Assembly: GCF_001194135.2 (NCBI RefSeq)
Contig: NC_068985.1
Location: 41,457,823 to 41,501,669, forward strand
Source of the DNA: Octopus bimaculoides
Lineage: Eukaryota
Length of the DNA: 43,847 nucleotides
Direction of reading: 5' to 3'
Shown piece by piece: positions 1 through 10,849 of the stretch. Under the pieces are notes generated by a model. It had not been told where the DNA came from and ran no database searches. It saw only the letters and a list, made by a program, of their open reading frames with translations. The position numbers and the translations under genes were made by a program. Each line of letters starts with the position of its first letter. The stretch's first letter is position 1.

Positions 1-61
1 TTATCCTTCAATCGGCTGGGTGTGTTTCGGCAAGTGACTGTAACAAAGATGTAAATTAAAT

Positions 62-62
<1 letters not shown>

Positions 63-108
<46 letters not shown>
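63..108. repeat. (TAA)n microsatellite
   Basis: Perfect trinucleotide run. Confidence 0.98.
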
Positions 109-109
<1 letters not shown>

Positions 110-163
110 GGTGAAACAGAACTAGTGGCCTGTGTTTCTTATTGAAGCAATCTTTTTGCTATT

Positions 164-366
164 GGCACCAGGCCTGAATTTTAAGGTGGGGTGGGAGCTA
201 ATCGATTACATCGACCCCAGTGCTCAACTGGTCCTTATTTCATCGACACCGAAAGGTTGAAAGGTAAAGTAAGCCTCGGTGGAATTTCACCTCAGAACAT
301 AAAGCCGGAAGAATTGCCGCAAAGCATTTTGTCCGGCGTGCTAGTGATTCTATATAATGATCCGCC
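164..366 (-). mobile_element. tRNA-derived SINE, family A (degenerate copy)
   Basis: Reverse complement matches the copies at 11521, 11721 and 26700-26939 (GGCGGC head, TTCTGAG-T/G-T..AAATTCC B-box region, CTTTCATCCTTTCGGGGTCGAT body). Confidence 0.85.
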
Positions 367-533
367 ACATACAATATTAATGTCAACTCACGATTTCAAA
401 TCAAAACTCTTGCAATCCAAATACAAAAACGAAATTTTCATTCTACGTACTTTACTTTAAATTGTAGCCTTCTCAGTTGTCTTAAACGGGAATATACTAT
501 ACACACATCACACATGTATCTGTGTTTAGATAC

Positions 534-575
<42 letters not shown>

Positions 576-639
576 TTATTAGTGACGGAAGTAATGTTAA
601 TACCAAAAGGTAATTTTGATATCCAACTTAGAATGGATG

Positions 640-815
640 CTACCGATGTTGTCCAACGGAAAAGTCAAGGCCGATACAGCTTGGCACCAATGACGTTGCA
701 ACTCATTTCTACAGCTCAGTGAACTGGAGCAACGTGAAATAAAGTGTCTTGCTCAAGAACATAACACAGCCTAGTCCGTGAATCGAACTCACAACGTCAC
801 GATTGTAAGCACACA
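640..815 (-). mobile_element. tRNA-derived SINE, family B (partial, CORE-like central domain)
   Basis: Near-copy of 1345-1505; GAGTTCGATTC B-box and GAGCAAGACACTTTATTTCACGTTGCTCCAGTTCACTGAGCTGTAGAAATGAG resembling the CORE-SINE domain. Confidence 0.8.
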
Positions 816-838
816 CATGCATACGCGCGTACACACAC

Positions 839-909
<71 letters not shown>

Positions 910-1087
910 CAAACAGACACATTAATTATTAGCGTTGGAAGCAGTATTAATACCAAATGGTAATCTTGATATCCTACTTAACATGAATACCTTGTTAGAA
1001 CACCTGACACTGCATTATTAGCCTTCAGAGATCCTCTTATATAGGCGCTTACGAATTTTTATAAACAAAGCCCAAGAAGGAAACACG

Positions 1088-1121
<34 letters not shown>

Positions 1122-1231
1122 NNNNNNNNNNNNNNNNNNNNNNNNNNNNNNNNNNNNNNNNNNNNNNNNNNNNNNNNNNNNNNNNNNNNNNNNNNNNNNN
1201 NNNNNNNTGTATGTATAAGGGTAAAAGGACA

Positions 1232-1525
1232 AATATTGTACCTAAAAAGTTCCGCTCTGAGGCACAAGTTCGGGCAAGATTGTTTGTGGAAGACCAGCAG
1301 TCGCCCACGCATACCACCATCCTCTCTCCACGCCATCAATGTTGTCCACTGGAAAGGCCAAGGCCGACACAGCTTGGCACCAGTGACGTCGCAACTCATT
1401 TCTACAGCTGAGTGAACTGCAGCAACGTGAAATAAAATGTTTGCTCAAGAACATCACGCACAGCTTGGTCCGCGAATCGAACTCACAACGTCACGATTGT
1501 AAGCCCGACGCTCTAACCACTGAAC
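1232..1525 (-). mobile_element. tRNA-derived SINE, family B (near full length)
   Basis: Minus strand reads GTGGTTAGAGCGTCGGGCTTACAATCGTGACGTTGTGAGTTCGATTCG (A/B-box tRNA-like head), then the CORE-like domain and a 3' tail. Confidence 0.85.
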
Positions 1526-2304
1526 AATGGTATATTTTTAAGAGGTAAATCAAAATGCATGCCGATGAACAATAACTTTTGCGAGAGTGCACAACATTGA
1601 AAATGGTACTTTTATAAATATATAACCTACCAAAAACATGTTCAAGTTTTATACATTTAAAAAATAGATCGAGAAACTAAGATTGAAGCCAATTTAAAGA
1701 ATCTTTGACTGAATACGATTCTGAACTAAACTGCCTCTGCCTCGGAAGCAGAAGGCAAAGACGGACTTGCCTATGTATCTTCATCAGCGGAAAGGAAGAC
1801 AAAATAAACTTTGTTCCCGTGAGTAAACCTGACACTATGGTATAAAAATGGCTTAACATGCAAAAACAGATATCTTCTCTCAGTAACAACAGCGTAGAGC
1901 TATGGCACAAGGCCGGCTTCTTCTTTACCTAATAGGCAGAGGTAAACCAGGGCATCAGTTTGTTTAATCTGCCGAACATAAGTCTCATGGTAATAAGTTA
2001 TTAATAATGATGCTACAAATAAAAATACATGGGGTATTATAAACATATATAAACTTGAGAGCACAATCAGAAAATATTTTCTTAGGTGTTTTTTGCATAT
2101 AAAGATATATTCTCATGATGCAGAGCACTGTAAATTCCGATGCACACGTCAGTTTGTTAAGCCAGCATTGTGTTGACATTACCAATGTATAATGTTCCTC
2201 TAAAATACACACACACGCACGCACACACACATGCACACACACACACACAGACACACACACACACACACGCATGCACACGCGCACAAGTGATGTAGAAAGT
2301 AATT

Positions 2305-2465
2305 GCAGGCATGGACGTGCGGTTAAAAAGTTCGCTTTGTAACCACGTTGTTTCGGGTTCAGCCCCGCTTGCACGGCACCTTATGCAAGGGGCTTCTCCT
2401 ATAGTCCCAACCCGACAAATGCCTTGTAAGTAAATTTGGTTGACGGAAACTGCGTGGAAGCTTTT
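2305..2465 (+). mobile_element. SINE family C, degenerate 5' half
   Basis: Aligns by eye with 4986-5145 (GGGTTCAG.CCC B-box, GACGGAAACTG end). Confidence 0.75.
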
Positions 2466-2743
2466 TGTGTAATCTCCCTGGAATTACAACATTTCTAAAA
2501 ATAGCCCAACAATTACTGCTTTGGCTATGGTCAAAATACAGGTCTCTTGACATGTTCAACAAACTGTGACGCCTAAACCAAACACCAATCAATTTAAGTA
2601 ATTTAGTAAAGCCACACACTTATTGGTCAGAATACAATTTGCAAAAATTAACATTCTGGAGACTATACAAATATGTTTAAAGCACACAGTTTAGCCATCT
2701 CACTACAGTTGTAAATCGTAAAACAACTGTCACCACTACTACG

Positions 2744-2788
2744 TGAACCTGAAGATTGAATAGTTTAATGCATGAAAGTACTAGTTCA
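2744..2788 (+). ncRNA. Minimal type I hammerhead ribozyme candidate
   Basis: UGAAC-CUGAAGA-(18 nt)-GAAA-GUAC-UA-GUUCA: 5-bp helix I, intact core, palindromic helix III (AGUACU), CUA triplet; helix II is weak. Confidence 0.5.
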
Positions 2789-2959
2789 ATCAGAATGGAC
2801 ATCTAATATTCTATCATTTCAATATATTATATTATCTCATATTATAATATATATATATATATATATATAACATTTATAGGAATATTCCAAAAGAATATGT
2901 AACTGAACTTATATTGAGTGCTCTATTATTTTGAGCAAATAAATATATATATGTGTGTT

Positions 2960-3712
2960 TTTATATTATTAATAAATTCATAAACTTATCAATAATATTC
3001 TCAGGAAATCAATATTTAATATTTCGAAAGATATATATCCAATATGACATGGTAATATAATAAATTTATAATTTNNNNNNNNNNNNNNNNNNNNNNNNNN
3101 NNNNNNNNNNNNNNNNNNNNNNNNNNNNNNNNNNNNNNNNNNNNNNNNNNNNNNNNNNNNNNNNNNNNNNNNNNNNNNNNNNNNNNNNNNNNNNNNNNNN
3201 NNNNNNNNNNNNNNNNNNNNNNNNNNNNNNNNNNNNNNNNNNNNNNNNNNNNNNNNNNNNNNNNNNNNNNNNNNNNNNNNNNNNNNNNNNNNNNNNNNNN
3301 NNNNNNNNNNNNNNNNNNNNNNNNNNNNNNNNNNNNNNNNNNNNNNNNNNNNNNNNNNNNNNNNNNNNNNNNNNNNNNNNNNNNNNNNNNNNNNNNNNNN
3401 NNNNNNNNNNNNNNNNNNNNNNNNNNNNNNNNNNNNNNNNNNNNNNNNNNNNNNNNNNNNNNNNNNNNNNNNNNNNNNNNNNNNNNNNNNNNNNNNNNNN
3501 NNNNNNNNNNNNNNNNNNNNNNNNNNNNNNNNNNNNNNNNNNNNNNNNNNNNNNNNNNNNNNNNNNNNNNNNNNNNNNATATTTATATTTCGTATATTTT
3601 AAATGATAAATTTATTATATTACCATGTCATATTGGATATATATCTTTCGAAATATTAAATATTGATTTCCTGAGAATATTATTGATAAGTTTATGAATT
3701 TATTAATAATAT

Positions 3713-3715
<3 letters not shown>
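2960..3715. repeat. Perfect 110-bp inverted repeat flanking an N gap
   Basis: 2960-3069 is the exact reverse complement of 3606-3715. Confidence 0.9.
3075..3578. other. Assembly gap (one of about 18 N runs in the window)
   Basis: N runs, mostly bordered by microsatellites or inverted/tandem repeats, so structures spanning them are unverified. Confidence 0.99.
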
Positions 3716-3760
<45 letters not shown>

Positions 3761-3837
3761 TATAAGATTGTGAATAAAACGTGAAAATCAAAGTTGGAAT
3801 TTCTTTGAGTAATACACACACACACACACATAAAACT

Positions 3838-4035
3838 TCTTTTAGTCATTAGACTGCGGCCATACTGGAGTACCGCCTTGAATAAATTGAGTTGAACGAG
3901 TCAACCCAACTTCTACTATTTTTAAAGCCTATACTTATTCTGACGGTCTCTTGTGTAGAATTGCTAACTTATGGGGACGCAAATATACCAGCACCGGTTG
4001 TCAACCGGTAGTGGCAGTTACAAACAAAGAAATAA
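3838..4035 (-). mobile_element. SINE family C, 3' tail segment
   Basis: Reverse complement aligns with 5195-5360 (CCAGTATGGCCGCAGTC.AATGACT tail). Confidence 0.75.
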
Positions 4036-4110
4036 AGACACACACAAAGACATAAAGACACACACAAAGACATAAAGACACACACAAAGACAGAAAGACA
4101 CACACAAAGA
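4034..4110. repeat. 20-bp minisatellite (AAAGACACACACAAAGACAT) x~4
   Basis: Direct reading. Confidence 0.9.
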
Positions 4111-4514
4111 CGTGTATGTGTATATGTGTGTGCGCCTGTGTGTGTGTATGTATATATGTGTGTATGCATGCATGTGTGTATGTCGTATTTGCTTTTTGGT
4201 GACTGTCATCAACGTTCGTTCATTATTCCCAGTAGCTACTTGTTGTTGACACCACCAAAAATTAACGATATTATCGTTAAAGGTGTGAAATTGTAATGAT
4301 GTTTGGGACGACAATTGACAAGGAAAGTACATGTCTATGTCTCGTGTGTGGAATATCCGTTTGTCCCTTTGTTGTTTCTGCTTAATTTTTCAAACTTATA
4401 TCACGTCACACGATCACGTGACCGACCAAGCAAGCAGATGTTGTTACACATCGCTGGCCACAATCCACAATGTGCCTTTGTATTGTTTTAGACTTCAAAT
4501 GACGTCATCTCACT

Positions 4515-4544
<30 letters not shown>

Positions 4545-4549
<5 letters not shown>

Positions 4550-4726
4550 AATAAAAACTTTAGAAAAGTATAACAATGCACTATAGAACAAAAAATGGAC
4601 TATATACCTGTTGTAACTTGGTTATCTATAGTCCGATGATATTTCGGAATTAGAATTCCTTTTTCCGATCTTATTTGCTGGAGTCTATAGTGCATTGTTA
4701 TACCTTTCTAAACTTTTTATTCTTTA
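4545..4726. mobile_element. Small foldback/MITE-like element, 43-bp arms
   Basis: 4545-4587 vs 4684-4726 are reverse complements with 2 mismatches; left end abuts (TA)n. Confidence 0.7.
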
Positions 4727-4985
4727 CAAACAATACACAATGCTTCAAGCAAACTACAATACTCTCTCTTATNNNNNNNNNNNNNNNNNNNNNNNNNNNN
4801 NNNNNNNNNNNNNNNNNNNNNNNNNNNNNNNNNNNNNNNNNNNNNNNNNNNNNNNNNNNNNNNNNNNNNNNNNNNNNNNNNNNNNNNNNNNNNNNNNNNN
4901 NNNNNNNNNNNNNNNNNNNNNNNNNNNNNNNNNNNNNNNNNNNNNNNNNNNNNNNNNNNNNNNNNNNNNNNNNNNNNNNNNNNTA

Positions 4986-5377
4986 GGCGCAGGAGTGGCT
5001 ATAAGGAAAGTAGCTTGCTTACCAACCACATGGCTCCGGGTTCAGTCCCACTGCGTGGCACCTTGGGCAAGTGTCTTCTTCTATAGCCTCGGGCCGACTA
5101 AAGCCTTGTGAGTGGATTTTGTAGACGGAAATTGAAAGATGCCCGTCATATATATATGTGTGTATGTGTGTGTCTGTGTTTGCCCCCCCCCCCCAACATC
5201 GCTTGACAACCGATGCTGGTGTGTTTACGTCCCCGTCAACTAGCGGTTCGGCAAGAGGGACCGATAGAATAAGTACTAGCTTACAAAGAATAAGTCCTGG
5301 GGTCAATTTGCTCGACTAAAGGCGGTGCATGAGGATAGCTGCAGTCAAATGACTGAAAAAATAAAAGAATAAAAGAA
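4986..5377 (+). mobile_element. SINE family C, complete copy
   Basis: GGCGCAGGAGTGGCT head, GGGTTCAGTCCC B-box, internal (TA)(TG) microsatellite, tail ending GCAGTCAAATGACTGAAA plus (AATAAAAG)2; repeated many times in the window. Confidence 0.9.
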
Positions 5378-5380
5378 TAT

Positions 5381-5530
5381 GCGACGGGCTTCTTTCAGTC
5401 TCCGTCTACCAAATGCACTCATAAAACTTAGGTCGGCCAGAGGCTATAGTAAAAGACGCTTGCCTAGGTACCATGCAGTGGGACTGAATCCAGAGCCATT
5501 TTGCTAGGAAACACTCAGTCATGCTTGCAC
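5381..5530 (-). mobile_element. SINE family C, 5' half, inverted relative to the preceding copy
   Basis: Reverse complement of 4990-5150 with substitutions. Confidence 0.85.
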
Positions 5531-5989
5531 CTATACATACATAGCAATTCCACTCAGACATACATACATACAAGCCGTACGTTTGTATATGCCACTCAGG
5601 TAAACGAGAGAAAAGAGTACGTAATGCGAGTAGTAGAGCTTATTTATTTATTCATATCTTACTATTTACTCCGTCATTGATCCTTGTTTCACGTTTTTTT
5701 GGGGGGAGGCCTCTCAAATCGTTTTCTCGTGTCTGTACCTGCGTAAGCGAATGTGTATGAGTACTTAAGAGCATATGTATATGTATGTACATATCTTTGT
5801 TTCTGTGAGTGTGTGAGTGTGTGTGATCGTACGTGCTTGTGTATGTGTGTATAAATAGGTGAAGGGGAACAAAAAAAACGGTTAAAGGGGCTGGAGATCT
5901 TTCTCTGTGACCGCTTCAGCGAACAAACCAATTCAATTGCTTCTACTTTTCTTACTGATAATGATATTACAACTGATAATGATATTACA

Positions 5990-6018
5990 ACTTATTATTA
6001 TTATTATCATCTTCATCA

Positions 6019-6094
<76 letters not shown>

Positions 6095-6106
6095 CATTAT
6101 TATTAT
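5990..6106. repeat. (ATT)n microsatellite with ATC variants
   Basis: Direct reading; explains the poly-Ile ORFs. Confidence 0.97.
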
Positions 6107-6424
6107 TTGCGACACTGACTAGTGAGTGCCTCTTTAGTGAGATTTGTGGGAGTTTTCAAGTGTGGAAGCTTTTTATTCTGTACGCTTCCTATGACAATAG
6201 GGGGCGTTCTAGTAGCGGTGAGAGTCNNNNNNNNNNNNNNNNNNNNNNNNNNNNNNNNNNNNNNNNNNNNNNNNNNNNNNNNNNNNNNNNNNNNNNNNNN
6301 NNNNNNNNNNNNNNNNNNNNNNNNNNNNNNNNNNNNNNNNNNNNNNNNNNNNNNNNNNNNNNNNNNNNNNNNNNNNNNNNNNNNNNNNNNNNNNNNNNNN
6401 NNNNNNNNNNNNNNNNNNNNNNNN

Positions 6425-6468
<44 letters not shown>

Positions 6469-6750
6469 GTGTGTGTATCCTCTTTCTTTTCTTTGCTTTC
6501 CTGAGCGTCCAATAACACAGTACTTGTACCACGTCCTCGCGTTGTTATTTTTTCTTGTATGTATACACACACATGTATGTATGTATACACACACATACGC
6601 ACACATATTGATATTCACTTTTCGTATATATGCACGTAGACAGGTAGTCACACCCCAATACGTATATGCGTAGACATATATACATACCTTTAACAATATA
6701 CTCATATCAAAACAAACAACTGCCGGCAAATATGTACGCCCATATATATT

Positions 6751-6821
<71 letters not shown>

Positions 6822-6952
6822 ACACTTGGAGTTGTGTACGATCATATTTAACACATTCGTGTCCACTTGGACGTAGGAAGAGACTTTTTGCTGTGGAAGT
6901 AACTTCGGAAGAAAATTTTCTTATAGACATTATGTATGAAAACACACGTTAT

Positions 6953-7232
6953 TGGACTATGAATGACATCATCAAGCCGTAGGATGCATGCGTTTCTGCA
7001 TCATTGCACTTCATCAGCCTTTGAAGAATACATACTTCATTCTACGTTGCTTCGTTCGCCACTATTGATCAAGCTTTGTGCACATCAGCAAATGTACTAT
7101 TTGCTGTTTTTATATCTAAGAACAACAGTTCTTAGTAAGCTATGAACGATTGATTTGGTGTCCTCGACTGATGAAGCATAATGATGCCGAAATACATGCC
7201 TCTTATGGCCCGATGACGTGTTTCAAAGTCCA
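6953..7232. mobile_element. Foldback with 65-bp arms, each carrying a hammerhead-like motif
   Basis: 6953-7017 (rc) vs 7168-7232: 50/65 identical; both read CTGATGAAG..AATGATGC.GAAA..CATGC.TC. Confidence 0.75.
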
Positions 7233-7483
7233 GTGAGCTGTTTTCACATATCTTGTTTATGAGAAGTTTCTTCAGAGTCTATTTCCGGAGTGAACAGTTT
7301 TCCCATGTCAGAAAGTCGACGAACATATCAGATATGATTGTGCACACCTATACTTCACTCAACGTTGTTTCATGCACCTCTACTTTCGTATGTATATATG
7401 TATGTATGCATGCATGTATGTATGTATGTATGTATGTATGTATGTATGTATGTATGTATGTATGTTTAATTCAGATAACCACT

Positions 7484-9034
7484 GGTGATTGACAAAAGCC
7501 CCAAAGTTAAAATGTGAAAGTGGACAGAAGCCCCAAGGTTGTATTTTTCAATCATTTTTCGTTTTTTTTTTCACCTCTTACTTGTTATAATTAGACTGCG
7601 GCCATGTTGGGACATCACCTTAAAGAATTTTTAGTCGAATGTATCGACGCTAGAATTTTTCTTTATTTTTACTTGTTGTAGTTATTAGACTGCGGCCATG
7701 CTGGGGCACCACCTTGAAGAATTTTTAGTCGAATGTAACGCCCCCAGAATTGTTTTAAATGATTTTCAACCAGCACATGAAGTTAAGCCTAGAAAGTATC
7801 TCCACATGCTAGAAATAATAGCCAAGTCTCTTGAAATATTTTTTTATAACGCTCTCGTTTTTTTTTATTTCTATAAAATCTTTTTACTTGTTTCAGTCAT
7901 TGGACTGTGGCACCAGCTTGTAGAATTTTTGGTCGCAGAAAAATCAGCATTTTAAAATATATATTTGAAGTCTTTTTTTCTTCTCTCAGAACTTACAGAT
8001 TAATGAGAATAAGTTGACCTTTTGAACTTTCTCCGGCTGTTGAAGGTCTAAATAGGGAGATGGGTGTTTCTCCATAAAAATGACAAATTCTGGTTTTTGT
8101 GAAGAAAAAACATGTCAGAGACATATGTAATATTTACTTTCATTTTGTGTGTATATATAGTCATTCAAACGTACTTATTATCGTTTTTATGTTTCTACAC
8201 ATTTCTTGAAGTAAATGCTTTCCCTTTTGTTAGAATTCTGACAATATGTACATTGAGTAGTAAAGAGTCTTGTGTTCCGTCATTCTATTATTGATGTTAA
8301 GGTTGATTTATTTTCATTTTCAAACTTCAAAATCATTCTAAAAACAAGGAAAATAATTGAAACACACGGAAATTACCATTGTGAGAGGCACAAATGTTTT
8401 GACACCGATTTTCNNNNNNNNNNNNNNNNNNNNNNNNNTTACGTAAAATTCTAAAAAAAAAAATTGTAAGATTTGGCTGTTATTTCTAACATGTGGAGAG
8501 ACTTTCTAGGCTTAACTATCTGCTGATCGAAAATCACCTAAAACATCACCTAAAAAATATAACCGGGGGAAGGGGTATTTAAAAATGTGTAAGATTTGGC
8601 TGTTATTTCTAGCATGTCGAGAGACCTTCTAGGCGTAACTTTATGCGCTGGTTGAAAATCATAAAAAAAAATTTTGAGGTCGATACAATCGACTAAAAAT
8701 TCCTCAAGGTGGTGCCCCAGCATGGCTGCAGTCTAATGACTGCAGCCAGTAAAAAGAAAAGCAAAAATGAATTATATCACAGAAGTGGTTTTGATCAAGC
8801 TTTAAAAGATATTCTGGCTTCCATACAGCCATCTAAAAATTCTTCAAGGTGGTGCCCCAGCATGAGCGGCCGCAGTGTAATAACTGCAATAAATAAAAAA
8901 AAGTTCTGGGGTCGATATATTCAACTAAAAATTCTAAAAACGAAAAAATAACCGAAAAATATAACCATGGGGCTTTTGTCCTGGGGGGTTTTGGCCGAGG
9001 GGCTTTTCTCCTAAGGGGCTTTTGTTCGGACCCC
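7484..9034. mobile_element. Composite foldback DNA element with GGACAAAAGCCCC subterminal repeats and captured SINE-tail arrays
   Basis: 7490-7850 is inverted-homologous to 8580-9030; (G)ACAAAAGCCCC motif x2 on the left and GGGGCTTTTG-like motif x4 on the right; no TSD found. Confidence 0.6.
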
Positions 9035-9384
9035 ATACATACACAATAGACTTGACATAGTGATTTGGGATAGAGAATAGAAACTGTGTACAGTTGTGGA
9101 AATTAGCTGCCAGCAGATGTTAACATAAAGCTAAAGATCAGCGAAATAGAAAATATCTACGCTGAACTATTGAGGTATCTACAGGTACTCTATCCAGATT
9201 ACAAGTACAGGTTTATACCTGTAATTATTGGGGCACGGGGTATGTAACACACTGCTTAAATACTTATCTTGAGAAATTAGGCTTGTCAAAACCAGAAAAG
9301 AGGAAGCTGATTCGAAGACTACAGATCCAAGCCATCACTGGAACTGTAAAAACCTGTAAAGCTTCCCCAAAATTGATCATTTAA
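9033..9384 (+). pseudogene. Restriction-like endonuclease (RLE) domain of an R4/Dong-like non-LTR retrotransposon
   Basis: Frameshifted translation HNRLDIVIWDRE*KLCTVVEISC/ADVNIKLK..ENIY..L.RYLQVLYPDY..IPVIIGA.G, matching the PD..(D/E)..K RLE pattern. Confidence 0.85.
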
Positions 9385-9535
9385 GTATATATGAGCATGT
9401 CTAGACATGCAACTATATGCATGGGAATACATACATAAAGCAAAACATATAAATCTGCACATATATATGCATACAAAAATACCCTGTTGATGTTGAAATT
9501 CCAATGAATGAGCCTTGGATCTAGGTTAGAAACCA

Positions 9536-9597
<62 letters not shown>

Positions 9598-10849
9598 CAA
9601 GAAATCTTGAAATTAAACTAAGTAATGATGTGCATATATACATACATATCCATATCCATACATACTGATACACTTACGCACAAACTCACTCCCATACGAC
9701 ATAGTTTTTTACTCATAAACTTAGTCTCACATCCACATTCATACACACACATACACACACACACACACACAAAACACAATCACAACCATACACACGGTCA
9801 CAGATATATAACATGGTATTATTCATATATATTGTATCTAAGATTATAATTTTTAATATAACCTTCCCAGTTTTAAGGGAGTGCAATGTGATTATATCGC
9901 TGCACGTCTGGGTAGTTAAAAGATTCCTTTTCCCAATAACAAGATGCTGTGTTCTATTCTACAGAGCAGCAGATCCTTGGCAAGTGTCTAACTATCGTAA
10001 ACCTCGGATTGAACCCAAGTCATTGCCTGTGAAATTTGGGTAGACGAAATTCTGTGCAAGGTCATTGGAAGGTCAGAATAACTGTACCTGTAATTTAGAT
10101 GACCTCCTGTATCACACACTGGTTTTGCCTTGTGATTACATTACGTGTGCACGTGTCTATGACATGCTCACTCACATACGCTATATAATACAATGAACTT
10201 GACACACGATCCATTTATTTACGGTATAATTCGAGGGAGATTTACTGGCCGGGCGGCCACTCTGAGGCTGTTGGTGTTGACGTTGCTGTGTATGTAGTAG
10301 TGTATGGCGTTGGTGGTGTTGTCTAAGTTATAGACGCGTGTGCTGCTGTTGTTGTTGTTGTTGGTGGTGGTTTTGTGGTGTTAGTGGCGTGTGTTGTTTG
10401 TGTTGGTGTTGTGTGGTGTGAGGCTCCCTCGTTATCTTCTGTTGTGGTAATACAGTCTGGTGATATTTAATAGCAACGTTGTTAGTAGAAGTGCAGAGTA
10501 TAGTGAGTAATAAGAATATTATTGGTGGTGTTGTAAATGACTGTCTATGGTAAATTATAGAGGTGTTAGTTGTGAGGTAGCGTAGATAATAATTAACAGG
10601 AAATACAATAGGATAAAACAGTGGTAATAAAAGTGAACGTAGTAGCTGTACAGCTCGGGTAGTGGCTTAGCATTGTCTGTTGATTATCTTATTATTAACC
10701 AGGCTAAAACAGCGAGCTGGCAGATTTGTTAGCACACTGGATAAAATGTCTTGCGGTATTTCATCCGTCTTTATGTTCTGAGTGCAAATGCTGCCGGGGT
10801 TAACTTTGCCTTTCATCCTTTCGGGGTCGATAAAATAAGTACCAGTTAA

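Noticed and set aside
1781-1787. CUGAUGA on the minus strand followed by two hairpins
   Set aside because: No GAAA or cleavage triplet at a usable distance.
2474-2620. Possible minus-strand exon (RHSLLNMSRDLYFDHSQSSNCWAIFRNVVIPG) after an AG
   Set aside because: No recognisable homology, no donor site, and it runs into a SINE.
8000-8350. FLYWCH/MULE-like words on the minus strand (SIYFKKC, KHP, CK)
   Set aside because: Too few residues across stops and frameshifts to support.
10230-10440. Thr/Pro-rich mucin-like reading frame on the minus strand
   Set aside because: In-frame TAG, other frames also closed, and the sequence is explained by a degenerate (CAA/CAC) tract.
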